The notes under the pieces: generated by a model
What the model saw: the letters and a program-made list of their open reading frames with translations, nothing else
What the model was told of the DNA's origin: nothing
Database searches by the model: none
Position numbers and translations under genes: made by a program
Shown: one piece after another, positions 1 to 10,655 of the stretch
Layout: each line of letters opens with the position of its first letter
Numbering within the stretch: position 1 is the stretch's first letter
Origin: Minutocellus sp. GHC0000111
Lineage: Eukaryota
NCBI GenBank assembly: GCA_977018835.1
Contig: OZ361256.1
Span: 1,364,001 to 1,428,000, forward strand
Direction of reading: 5' to 3'
DNA: 64,000 bases

Positions 1-3000
1 CACAAATCGGCCAGGGACAGGCCGGAGGCACTCAAGGACCAAGTTCTCGACGACGTGACCCGCGGCTTCGCCCTCCCTCTGCCAGCAAAGGTCGCGCCCC
101 TCATTCCTGGAGCGGAGGTGGCTCCGATGGGGGTTTGGTGGCACAGAACACGATCAGCGAGGCTGGCGAGATCATGCCCAAGGACCGCCTGACTCACGAC
201 CAATCCTTCGAGATCGGCACCGCACGGTCCGTCAACAACAGAGTGCGCATGGAGGACCACCAGCCAGTGGTGTTCGGCCATGCCCTCCGGCGAGTGATCC
301 ACTGCATCGTGGACGCCCGTCACAAGCATCCCCGTGCTCCCATCCTCCTGCAGAAGGTCGACTTCAAGGCTGCGTGTCGCCGGGCCCACTTGGCTCCCAG
401 CACGGCCGTCAAAACGATCACCACCCTGGATGGCATTGCCCTCATGTCCCTCCGGCTGACTTTCGGCGGCCGCCCTTGCCCGAGCGAATGGTGGTGCAAC
501 ACATCCGAATCGGCGGCCGACCTGGCCAGGGCCCTCCTGCAACGCTCGGACTGGGACCCGTCAGAGCTCCACAGCCCCCAGCAGAAGCACTTGGGTCGCC
601 CCAAGGTGGAGGGCGACGATGTGCCATTCGCGCCGGCCCTGGACATGATCGTGACCCTTCCCGACAACAAGGATGGCATCGTCGAGCCGCACATCGATGA
701 CCTCATCGCCGCAGCCCCTGACCTGGGCGACAACAAGGATCGGACATCCGCTGCCACCCTCCTCGCCATCCACGCGCTTGGCCGACCGGTGTCCGACAGC
801 GAGCCACTGCCCAGAGATGACCTTGCCTCCATCAAGAAGCTGCTCGCCGAGGGGACGCCTTCCGAAGCACTGTGTCTCTTGGGGTGGGATGCTGACACCC
901 GGCGGCTCCTGCTGAGGCTCCCTTGGAGCAAGTGCCTGGCCTGGCGCGATGACATGCTTCGGCTCCTCAGAGCCCGCGGCGCCACCAGATCAGAGCTGGA
1001 CACCTTGGTCGGAAGGCTAAACCACGTCGGATGCATCATTCCAGCCGCACGACACTTCCTCTCAGCCGCCTTCGGGATCGGCTCTGGAAGGCCCGCCGCC
1101 ACGGCCGCCAACGGCTCGACTCTGAGGATGCAGAAGACCTCAACCTGTGGCTCCGCTTCCTCCGAAGGGCCGCCGGTGGCATGAGCATGAACCTCCTCAC
1201 GTGCCGTTGCCCCACCCACGAGTGCACAAGTGACGCCTGCGAGCACGGCATCGGCGGATGGTCCTCATCCGGCAGAGCGTGGAGATTTGCCCTCCCCGAG
1301 GAGCCATGGGGCCGGTTCACCCTCAATTACCTGGAATTCCTCGCCGCCGTCATCGGCCCATGGATCGACCACATCGAGGGCAACCTGCCAACCCTCTCCT
1401 GCGTGCTGTCGGGGACCGACAGCACCACGGCCGAGGGATGGCTCAGGAAGTCGAACTTCGTGTCTCACGGCGAGAAGGATGCCGACGTAGCGGTCAAGCT
1501 GGCCACGGCGCGGAAACTAGCCGACATGCTCATCGAGACCAACACCATGCTGCTGTGCTCACAGTGGTTCCAGGGGAAGCGCAATCCGGAGGCCGATTCT
1601 CTTTCTCGTGATGCCGATCTCTCTGATGCTGACCTCACGAAATTGCTTCTGTCATCTCCCGAATGTCAGCTTCCCTCAAATTTCAGGATTGCACCACTGC
1701 CCAACGAGATCACTTCCTGGATTGTCTCGCAGGCGCGGACGCTGCCCCCGTCAGGAAGCAGTTACAACGGCCACTGCCGAGAAGCACGCTCTCTCGCGCG
1801 TGGAGCCGCTGGACTGAGTTCCTGCAGCTCATCGGGACCGGGGACGACGTCTTCCTCGACAAGGTGTCACCCCGAGACCGAACAGTCATTCTCGGCGCCT
1901 TTGCCCACGCCGTCCGACAGGCCACCAGCTTTTCGGGGCCAAAGTTTTCGCGACTGGCTGCGTCGACAGTCCGAGACACCGTCTCACATGCACGTGCTCT
2001 CGTCCTTCCGGCACAACCAGCGCAGGGACCCAGGGAAAGACGACATCGGCCAGCCTTCATTCCTTCTACAGCGGCAGTTCCGAGGACACAGCCAGTCCGA
2101 CCCGGCCGAGCGGCCGGAGAAGGCGATCACCTGCCGGCTCCTCCGAGAGATCGCCTCCGTCAGGGAAACGGAAGAGGACCGTGCAGTCGGGCAACTAGCC
2201 GTCGGCGCCTTCTTCTTCGCGATGAGGTCTTGCGAACACTCCAGAGTCAGCGGTGAGCGCAGGACCAAGCTGCTCCGCCTCCGCAACATCCAGTTCTACC
2301 GCGGCCGACGGCGCATGCATCACAACGACCGGTCCCTCCTCTCAGCAGACTCTGTCTCCGTCACCTTTGAGTTCCAGAAGAACGACGAGCGTGACGTCAC
2401 GATTACGCAACACTGCACCCCCACGACGCCACCCTCTGCCCAGTTCGAGCTTGGGCTGCCCTGGTGAAACGAGTCCTAGGGCACCCTAGCACCAACAGCG
2501 ACACGCCGGTAAATGCCTTCGTAGTCAACGGCGTGTTAAAACACATTCCTGCCACCCGAACAGTTGACAAGATCCGAGCGTCGGCCACAGTGATTGGAGA
2601 GGACGTCCTGGGCTGCCATCCCTCTGAATTCGGATCACACTCCATTCGCAGCGGAGCAGCAATGGCAATGTGTCTAAATCATGTTCCCACGCACACAATC
2701 ATGCTGGTAGGGCGGTGGTCCAGTGACGCCTTCCTCAAGTCAAGTGCATCCGTCGCCAGGAGGTCCAAGAATTTACATCCGGAGTCTCCACACGCGCATG
2801 ATCCAACGAGGTTCCTTCTTCAACGTGCCCCACGCACACTCGACGAGCCATCGCGAAGACCCAAGGACCCCAAATTGCCGCCAATCCTTCGCCGGCATCA
2901 ACAGCATTGATTGGCCGAAATGCCGGCTTCGGGACTCCAATGCCCCCCTTCGCCCTGTTCACCTAAGCACGACACACTTCATTGGCCGATCTGTGCTACG

Positions 3001-3179
3001 GAAAGGAGGAGGGGGAGAGGGACCTCACCCTCTAAGAAGTTTCATTTACCGCCAATGCCAGCTCCAGTTCACGTAGTTAAACTGCATTTCATGTTCTCTA
3101 CTAAGTAAGCTAAGTTGCATGGAGTTGGGAGAGTCAGCGGAGGAGGGAGGTGCTGTGTTCGATCGATGTGTCATCGTTG
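1..3179 (+). mobile_element. Degenerate tyrosine-recombinase retrotransposon (DIRS/Ngaro-like): RT, RNase H, YR; 5' part lies outside the window
   Basis: RT motifs KVDFKAAcRR, LRLTFGG, PhIDD (690), LLGW in ORF 135-1184. RNase H motifs SDACEHGIGG, LNYLEFLA, TDSTTAEGW, NPEADSLSR in ORF 1031-2467. Recombinase motifs FFFAMRSCE, GSHSIRSG, GRWSSDAFL at about 2200-2750. Several frameshifts. Confidence 0.9.
3019..3179 (+). repeat. About 160-bp dispersed repeat at the 3' end of the YR element (probable terminal repeat); internally deleted copy at 3459-3510
   Basis: cctcaccctctaagaagtttcatttaccgcca and ctgtgttcgat..gtgtcatcg recur fused at 3459-3510, and as reverse complement at 12257-12489, 32364-32596 and 49023-49255. 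Confidence 0.75.
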
Positions 3180-3400
3180 TGGGCACCGCACGGTGGGGAT
3201 GAGCTGGCGACGGTGGTTAGCAGCAGGCACTAAAACTGCATTCCTGTAGTGCCCAGTTTTTCTGCTGACCACCACCTTCGCCTCCTCTCGTCTCAAAACT
3301 GACCGACCGACCAAGCAAGCCACAACCCAACCATTCATCTGCGATTGCTGCCGCCGTTGCAATTGCTAAGTCAGCTTACAGTACCGGCTCCCAGAGCCTG

Positions 3401-3422
3401 TCTCTCTCTCTCTCTCTCTCTC
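3401..3422. repeat. (TC)n microsatellite
   Basis: Run of tc dinucleotides read directly. Confidence 0.9.
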
Positions 3423-3705
3423 AGTAGTTAGTTAGTTTTAAATTCCCTCAAACCGCCTCCTCACCCTCTAAGAAGTTTCATTTACCGCCACTGTGTTCGA
3501 TGTGTCATCGGTGGGCCAAGCGAAGAACAGCTGTTCGTTCGTTCGATCGTTCTGTGTGACGTCGATGGCTGATAATAATAGACTCACTCGACCCAGTAAA
3601 TCTACTTAGACTCACTCGACTGATGAAACGACGCAAGCATGCAACAACACAAAGCCTCCAACCGTACCAAACAACCATCGCCATCGTCAATCAGCAATAA
3701 CAACG

Positions 3706-5039
3706 ATGGCCGGCTCCTCCAAGAAAAATCAAAGTTCCGGTGGCTGCTGTCCCGGCAAGGCATGCAAGATATGCGGTCTCTTGGGAATGCAGTAAGTGAT
3801 ATCATATTTATTGTTTGTCGTCTGATTACACTACTGCACTGCATAGCTTATGGACAGATATCATGGTATCATGGGGTTTCTGTGGGGTGCACATGTCACC
3901 TCTTGTCAACATAGACTTACTTATCATCGGATGCCCCGACGCATGCATGCACGACGTATCAAATTGATAACAGGTTCCTTCTCCTCCTTTGGTCCCTGGG
4001 CGGCAACTTCTTCTCCGCGTGGACATTGGCCGATTGTCGTTTCCTTTACGTAAATCCGGAGTATCTTCCGACAATTCCCGACGCTGAGAATGGCTCCTCC
4101 CTCCGACAGACGCGTTACACGGGATACGTCGGACTCTTCACCATCCAAACGGAAACGACGGAGACAATAGACTCAAATCCAGGTTAATCGAGCACTTGGA
4201 CGCAGTGTAAGGAAGTTCCAGGGGCGATCACCGATGAGCTTGACATGAAGTACAGGATCGCACGACTCATGGGTGTCATTGGTCTCACTTGCGGCGGTGT
4301 TGCTAGTCTGGTGATGCTCCTCAACTTTTGCATGGAGGCATGCTGTGTGACCTCTGGAGTGCAGTACGGACTAGGCGTGATGTACGCGGTTGCCGTGGTG
4401 ACGCAGGGCCTGACTTTCCTCGGCATCGATGGGCGCAACTGCAGAGAGTATGGATGTGTCATTTCAAGCACGGCTACGTGGAGCATCCTGGCGTGTTGCC
4501 TCTACTTCATTGCTTTTGTGCACGCCTTCACGGTACCCTTCCCTCGTGAACGCATTTGTAGCTCTGAGATCTGCTGTCCCTGTTGTGGAAGGGATGAAGA
4601 TGAGGGGGCAGAAGAAGAAATAATGGATGAGGAGGCACCGGCACCTTTGCCAGAGGAAGAAGAAGGTGATGACTTGGCAAAGGCTGCTGTGACTGGGGCA
4701 GCCGCCGGGGCAGGAGGTGCCGTCGTTATCGCTGCCACTGCCGACGACAATAACAATGAAGAAGAAACATTTGACGACGAAGAAGGAGGCGCAGCTGCTG
4801 TTGATGATCCCAACGCTGCCGCTGCCGTTGGCACTGCCGGAGTTGCGACTGCCAATGGTGATGAAGGCGATGATGCTGACAAGGACCTCAAGGCCTCCGT
4901 TTCAGCCGATGCCGCCGCAGCTTCAGAAGATTGTGCCACCATGGCCTCCAATTTGATCGGATCGGCCATTTCCGCGTGCGCTCCATCTACCGAAGGAACC
5001 GATGGCGGTGCCCAAGCCGAGTCGAGCGATGGAAAGTAA
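3706..5039 (+). pseudogene. Four-TM (claudin-like topology) membrane protein with acidic Ala-rich tail; exons 3706-3791 and 3974-5039; in-frame TAA at 4185-4187
   Basis: GT-AG intron 3792-3973 joins MAGSSKK..GLLGMQ to FLLLLWSLGGNFFSAWTLADCRF. The frame continues into ORF 4245-5039 but is interrupted by one TAA. Confidence 0.65.
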
Positions 5040-5294
5040 AACCATTTCAACATCATAAAACTTCCCTAAACCGATCGATAACGATTGATTGCATAGATGG
5101 CATGAAGATGAAAGCCAAGCCCCTACTTGTGACTTGAGGAGGAATATAGTACGTAGGTAGACTAGAAGAGAATATAACTTAAACAAATTATTCGCGTCTT
5201 TTCAGGTACAAAGCGAAAGTAAATGGGCCACATGTCCTTTTACACTACTAGTAGGATCTACGTAGTAGCGGAAGCACATTGCTTGCTTCTTTTT

Positions 5295-6491
5295 CTATCG
5301 GCCGGCGATGACAGCAGCTTTGGGAAATGGATCTCGCTTGCTTAGGACCAACGTCTTCATCCCATGAGATATGTATCCTCGGATGTATCCCTTAAATATG
5401 AGATTGGCTAAAATGCACTCAACTTCATCGTGGTCGATCGCCATACCAAGCCATTTGAACGCCTTGGAAACGCTGTCCAGACGAATCTGCGTCTTGCCAA
5501 GGATGAGGTGCACCCGCTTGAAAAGATTGCGGTAGCAGACCGTCTTGCACTTCTCCAACAACAGATACGTGCCCCTGGTGATGAAGAGATTCTGATATCT
5601 GAGTAGGCCATCGTTGAAGGTACGCAGATCACCCGTGCGGATACCCTCGACGAGCGGCACAAATTCGTGCAGCGAGTACTTTTTCAACAGATGCGTCGTT
5701 GGAAGTCTCCCCCGCAGCAATTTGACCGGGACGAGGTAGGTCAAAATCAGTCGCTCGTTTTTAATGGCATCCTTGTGGCAGTGCTGCAGGGCATAGTCCA
5801 AATTCTTCTCGGCCTCATCGTACTGGTCCTCGAACATGTTGAGCCTGCCGACGAAGTATCGGTACGTGACCATCTCACCCATCTTCCCAGAGGTGTGCAA
5901 GTTGCGACTCTCCACCGGCCGGACAAGGTTTTTGCAAAGGCGAAGGGTATTCAGGCGAAAGTACATGGCAAAAAGCTGGTTCACGATGAACAACACACCG
6001 GCCTTCTTCGAGCCGTTCTCATCCAGCGGAGCACGGGGGTCGAACTCCTTGCGATCGTTCAAGGTTTTGGAAAAACTTTCCTGAAGCAGTGTCACGGCGC
6101 CCTGCAGCCTTGAATGATCATTCCGCCCCCCGGCCTCTATACTGGCGGCCTCGTCGGCCTGCACAGCCAATCGGTGTGTATTGCGGCAGGTTTGTTGGAG
6201 GGCGGGGACCAACCAGTTGCCCGCCGAGCTCCCAAAGTTGTGATTCAGGGCGGAATGCAGCCGAGATTGAGCATCGAAGCAGGACATGGCATCACCCGCA
6301 GCAGCGGCCTTGGTTGCATCCTGGAGAGCTGAGAGCATGTTGCTGTAATCGGCCCCATCAACAGACAGTCTGGAACTACTGGGAGGTCCTTTGTATTTGC
6401 CCCCGCCGATGGGAACATCGATCGCCTTGGCTACCGCGTCGGCATCCTTTGATGCCAGAGCGGCTCGTAGCTGATTGGTGTCGACCGACAT
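5295..6491 (-). CDS. PCID2: PCI-domain protein PCID2/Thp1/CSN12-like (TREX-2 mRNA export), intronless
   Basis: SKKAGVLFIVNQLFAMYFRLNTLRLCKN, VTYRYFVGRL, DEVECILANLIFKGYIRGYISH, LVLSKRDPFP; first ATG at 6491. Confidence 0.9.
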   Translation of the reverse strand: MSVDTNQLRAALASKDADAVAKAIDVPIGGGKYKGPPSSSRLSVDGADYSNMLSALQDATKAAAAGDAMSCFDAQSRLHSALNHNFGSSAGNWLVPALQQTCRNTHRLAVQADEAASIEAGGRNDHSRLQGAVTLLQESFSKTLNDRKEFDPRAPLDENGSKKAGVLFIVNQLFAMYFRLNTLRLCKNLVRPVESRNLHTSGKMGEMVTYRYFVGRLNMFEDQYDEAEKNLDYALQHCHKDAIKNERLILTYLVPVKLLRGRLPTTHLLKKYSLHEFVPLVEGIRTGDLRTFNDGLLRYQNLFITRGTYLLLEKCKTVCYRNLFKRVHLILGKTQIRLDSVSKAFKWLGMAIDHDEVECILANLIFKGYIRGYISHGMKTLVLSKRDPFPKAAVIAGR

Positions 6492-6992
6492 GTCAATGGT
6501 CAATTTTACTACTTGTACTTCCTTGATCGGTACCGGTACCAGGTAGGAATTACTACGTAGGCCTAGCTAGTACCGGTACTACTTGAAGTATGAGAGGCTG
6601 TGACTTTGTTCGACTGCGAACGAGACGAAATGGTCTGTTTGTCGTCCGTCTTGAACTTCGTGCGAAAAAATCTCGACTTTGTTTCGCGAGAGCTCGAAAA
6701 ACGGCCGCCGGAAATTTGTATCGTACAAATTTTTTTGCCGAAGAGCACGAACTCGACCCTCCATTTCGTAGGGCGCGAGATTTCATTTCGTCTGACGAAC
6801 TCACGAAATGAAATCTCGGAAAAAGTACAAGAGATAATACGGAAATGACCCCGCAAATCCTTGCAACAATCAACCATCATTGGCAATGCTGCTCATTTTC
6901 GAGCACATCTTGTGCCGGATTTATTTGTGCTATTACCGGTACCTGTTTCATCGGCGTTCGCTCTTCGTCGTTGGCGTTGGCACTGAGCACCA

Positions 6993-7794
6993 ATGGGATG
7001 TTCGACGGAGGACTTGCTGTCCTTTGCGGCGGGCGTAGTATCGCCGGACCTCATTCGGTTGCTGAAGCCGACGGCATCCTCTGATCTCAACACGTACAAG
7101 GGCAAGGAGAAGCATCCATCCTTTGCTTTTGAGGTTGTGTCTAGGCCGAACCGGCAGGTGATGGGAATTGCCACCATCCAGCCCGGCACGAGAAATGACA
7201 AGCACATCGTCAAGCTGGACCAAAACGTTGCTGCTATTCGGGACAAGTGGTACAGCAGCGTTGAGTATCCCATGTTCAATTCAAAAGGAGAGGTGACTAC
7301 CGGCCGTGGCGTTTACTTCATTTGTGATGGCGGCTACGTCCGGTGTCATCTGCCCCTACAAACACGAGTCCAGAGCCACGAAGGAGGGCCGCTGGTCCAA
7401 GAACCTTGAAAGCACAAGGAAAGACGTTGAGTGCTGCTTTGGCATCATGAAGAAGCGATGGCTCATCTTGAAGTACGGCATTAAGTACCCCAGTGTTGAA
7501 ACAGCCCAGAAAGTCTTCACCACCTGCGCCATCCTGCACAACATGATGATCGACGAGACCGACGAGTCCACTCCAACCGACGCACCCGAGGAAGAGAACA
7601 TCCGGGAAGTTCCTCGGTCTCCTCATCGCGATGGAAGAGGAGTCTGGCTCCGTCCCCAGGCTGGAGGCTTCCAGGACTCTTCCTCTTCAGCCACCGCCAA
7701 AATGTGGCGGAAGAGGACAGCGGAACTCGTGGAGCACCACGAGTACCTGTACAAGGCCACTCGAGCAGCCAAGAGAGCTCGGGCTAGCCTTTAG
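6993..7794 (+). mobile_element. PIF/Harbinger DDE transposase fragment (5'-truncated, frameshifted near 7340)
   Basis: YKGKEK, YFICDGGY, ESTRKDVECCFGIMKKRWLILK, FTTCAILHNM, split across ORFs 6993-7409 and 7306-7794. Confidence 0.85.
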
Positions 7795-7825
7795 ATAGAC
7801 AGTAAAATAGTCTATCTTGTAGACC

Positions 7826-8157
7826 AATATCATGGCATCGGTAGATTTACTTGTGCCTCATTACTTGCGTTGAAAACAGCCAAAAATGCGTAGAGGTAAA
7901 ATTTTGTAAAAATCACGGAATACGTAGGTGAATGCATTATCGAGCAGATCCGTTCCACAAGCTACACTGATAATATCTAAAAGTACATATATACAGCTAT
8001 GCTGGAGAATAATATCATGGCATCGGTAGATTTACTTGTGCCTCATTACTTGCGTATTAAACAGCCAAAAATGCGTAGAGGTAAAATTTTGTAAAAATCA
8101 CGGAACACGCAGGTGAACACATTATCGAGCAGATCCGTTCCAAAAGCCACACTGATA
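7826..8157. repeat. About 147-bp direct repeat (7826-7972 and 8011-8157) downstream of the Harbinger ORF
   Basis: aatatcatggcatcggtagatttacttgtgcc...acactgata occurs twice, offset 185. Confidence 0.9.
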
Positions 8158-8607
8158 GCGTCATGCTTATTTTTCTCTCATGGCAGGCCCTCAGACGTAA
8201 CAGTCAGGCCCTCAGTTGTCTTTTTCTTTGAATGGGGCTGGAACGCGGTGTCGTTCATTCCAGGACTTTGGTGGGGATGCTCTATCTTTCCAAGGAGAAC
8301 TTTGAGAAGCTTCTTCGTTATGGTGAGGAAGAGGCTTCTCTGGAGGCCGGGTTGAAGGCTTGGTGTGTAGTCAAGCTGGAATAAGGCTGGTCTTGCGGTC
8401 TGGAGAGGTTTCACATTGTTTGCGCGAGTAATCCGGGTAGATCTAATGCTGCTTCCTCTCCTTAGACCTTATTTTTTTTGCTACTTGGTATTGCCACGTC
8501 ATCATCAAATAAGCATATGCTTAGGTGAGACCTCAGATTTTGCCTTTACATAAGCATTTTGAGACCACAGCCCCAGAATGGATATGCTTATCATCGGGGA
8601 CGGACTG
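8156..8607. mobile_element. MITE-1 copy lacking its left 88 bp (right TIR 8582-8607 only)
   Basis: Matches 28263-28714; left TIR absent. Confidence 0.85.
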
Positions 8608-8666
8608 TACATGTACATTATACATGAACACACGCACATGTAGCTGGGTACATTTTATAATATATA

Positions 8667-9218
8667 TGTTAGTCCCAAAATGCGCACTGTCCCAGTTCGC
8701 GAACTGGGATCCCAGTTTGCGAACTGAGATTCATTTATCCCAGTTTGCGCACTGGGCCCCAGTTCCCAAACTAGGATCCCAGTTTGCGCACTGATACTAC
8801 CAGAATGTAAACTGAGATAAATAAGCTAATCCGAATATGGGAACCAGACGAGTTCGCGAACTGGAACAATAATAAATACCAGTTTGGAAACTGGTGTTCT
8901 CGGCAAGTGCCAGAATGGTAACTGCCGCGCCGGTGTTGGCTCATGCACAACGACTATTTTGTACATGTACTGGTAGATCTATCTACAATACAAGTTGCAC
9001 TGTGCATCACATCTTGAATTTGCAAATTAAAAAATGAAGCGAGGAGAAGCAAAGGCGATATCATCCTTGCTAAATATTCATTATTTCTCGATCGATCCCA
9101 GTTTGCAAACTGAGATTGTGCCTGTGATCCCAGTTTCCAAACTGGGATAAATAAATCCCAGTTCGCAAACTGGGATCCCAGTTCGCGAACTGGGACAGTG
9201 CGCATTTTGGGACTAACA
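8667..9218. mobile_element. MITE-2: 552-bp TGTTAG...CTAACA element with long TIRs and about 13 CAGTT-N4-AACTG-like motifs, inserted in (TA)n; second copy 28774-29325
   Basis: tgttagtcccaaaatgcgcactgtcccagttcgcgaactgggatcccagtt at the left end, its reverse complement at the right end; TA repeats flank both sides. Confidence 0.88.
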
Positions 9219-9363
9219 TATATATATATATAGGTAACACGTTAACGGTTACAGTCCAGAATTCAGTCATACAGATTGATAAATCCTGCAGGTCATTTGC
9301 CTCAAAGACAAGGTCGGTCGTTGGAATCCTCTAGCTAGCATACACATATGATCTCCAGCTAGA

Positions 9364-10161
9364 CTACTCCTTTGCGGATTCGTGCAAACTTTTACTTGTG
9401 GCTTGGTTTTCTTCAGCTGCTGCCAGCGCCACTTCCTCTCGATCGAGTGCGGCATTATCATCGTCGAGGACGGTCATGTCCACTGCCTCATCGTCATCAT
9501 TTCCCTCGACCATAGCAACAGTAGTTGCTCCAAGCGTTGTTTCTCCATCTTCTTCCTCGCTGGCGTCCGGATTGTCGACCTTGCTATTTTCTTCGTCTTT
9601 GTCTGCTACTGCCACGGTGGCAACACCGGCTCCAGCAGCGCCTCAAGCGGCGACAGCAGCTGCAAGGGCTGCTGTATCATTGTCATCAATAGGAGCAGCC
9701 TCGATATCTTTTTCATCTGCCTCGTCTTGATCGTCATCACTGCCATTGACCTCTTTCTTCTTGCAGCATTGGCAACACGCTTCTCTGCTGCAAATTTTCT
9801 CTTTGGGAAAGGGGGCAGCAAATGACTGGATCATGGCAATGAAATATAAACACATTGCGACGATCGACCAGATGCTTGAAGTAGAAGTGGTACACATCGA
9901 CTGACTGCACGCGCTATCTCCGATTGCCATGAAAGTGAGGCCCTGCGACACAGCGGCCACGATGTACATTATTCCAAGACCATATTGCAATCCAGTAACG
10001 GGACAGCACATCTCCATGAGGAAGGTCATGAGCAACACGATGGTCGCAACGCCGCCAGTAGTCAAAGCTATCACTCCCATCAGCTGTGCCACTTGGAAGT
10101 AGATACCGAACTGATCAGTGATGTATCCTGGCGTTTCGACGCAATATGAGTTGCCGGGTGG
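9364..10161 (-). pseudogene. Paralog of the 3706-5039 membrane protein; lacks the N-terminal TM and has in-frame TGA at 9643-9645 (copies 29471-30268, 46130-46927)
   Basis: AQLMGVIALTTGGVA..GLQYGLGIMY..QGLTF..WSIVAMCLYFIA..PFPKEKICS aligns with ORF 4245-5039; ORFs 9643-10092 and 9364-9615 share a frame. Confidence 0.75.
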
Positions 10162-10655
10162 AACCCTAACCCTAACGACGACAAAACCGCGCGCTTGTTT
10201 GTGGGTCTAGGAATTCCTACCTGTAGATCTAGATCTACCGATAATTAAGTTCAATCGATGTTAATAAGGTCTAGTACTTTTACAGTGATAATAACATGTA
10301 TTTATGGCGTGTGAATCCGTTTGAAACAAAGGCACAGGAAGAAGGCCAACAACCACACCTGTCACTGTCCAGGATCATCATCAAGGCACGCATTTTACGC
10401 ATGAGATTGGTACGGGGAGGAAGCTGGATGATTATTGACGAAGTGTGGGTAATGGGACGGGTTGGTGAGATCAGATTTTGAAGTTGTTTTTTGGCACGTA
10501 GGACAAAGGCGGCATGTGGGTAGAAGAGAAGAAAGAGGGGGAGGGACACAGAGAAGAACCTTCAAAGCCAGGGCAAACTCCTTGCTTTTTCCTCCCATCT
10601 GTCTCACTTCTACACCGAAATCTTTAGCCAGACAAGACTTTGATTCAAGACCAAT

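Noticed and set aside
1..1017. High GC content or CpG deamination as the cause of TA absence
   Set aside because: Similarly GC-rich PCNA and silicanin-like exons retain TAC codons, CpG is abundant in the element, and deamination would not convert conserved Tyr codons to His/Cys
320..2289. Long antisense and overlapping ORFs in the retrotransposon (similar ones at 13.2-15.2 kb and 61-62.4 kb)
   Set aside because: By-product of TA depletion, which removes TAA/TAG stops on both strands
8690..9195. CRISPR-like array of palindromic repeats
   Set aside because: Repeats are degenerate, irregularly spaced and enclosed by TIRs, in a eukaryotic context with no cas genes; better explained as a MITE
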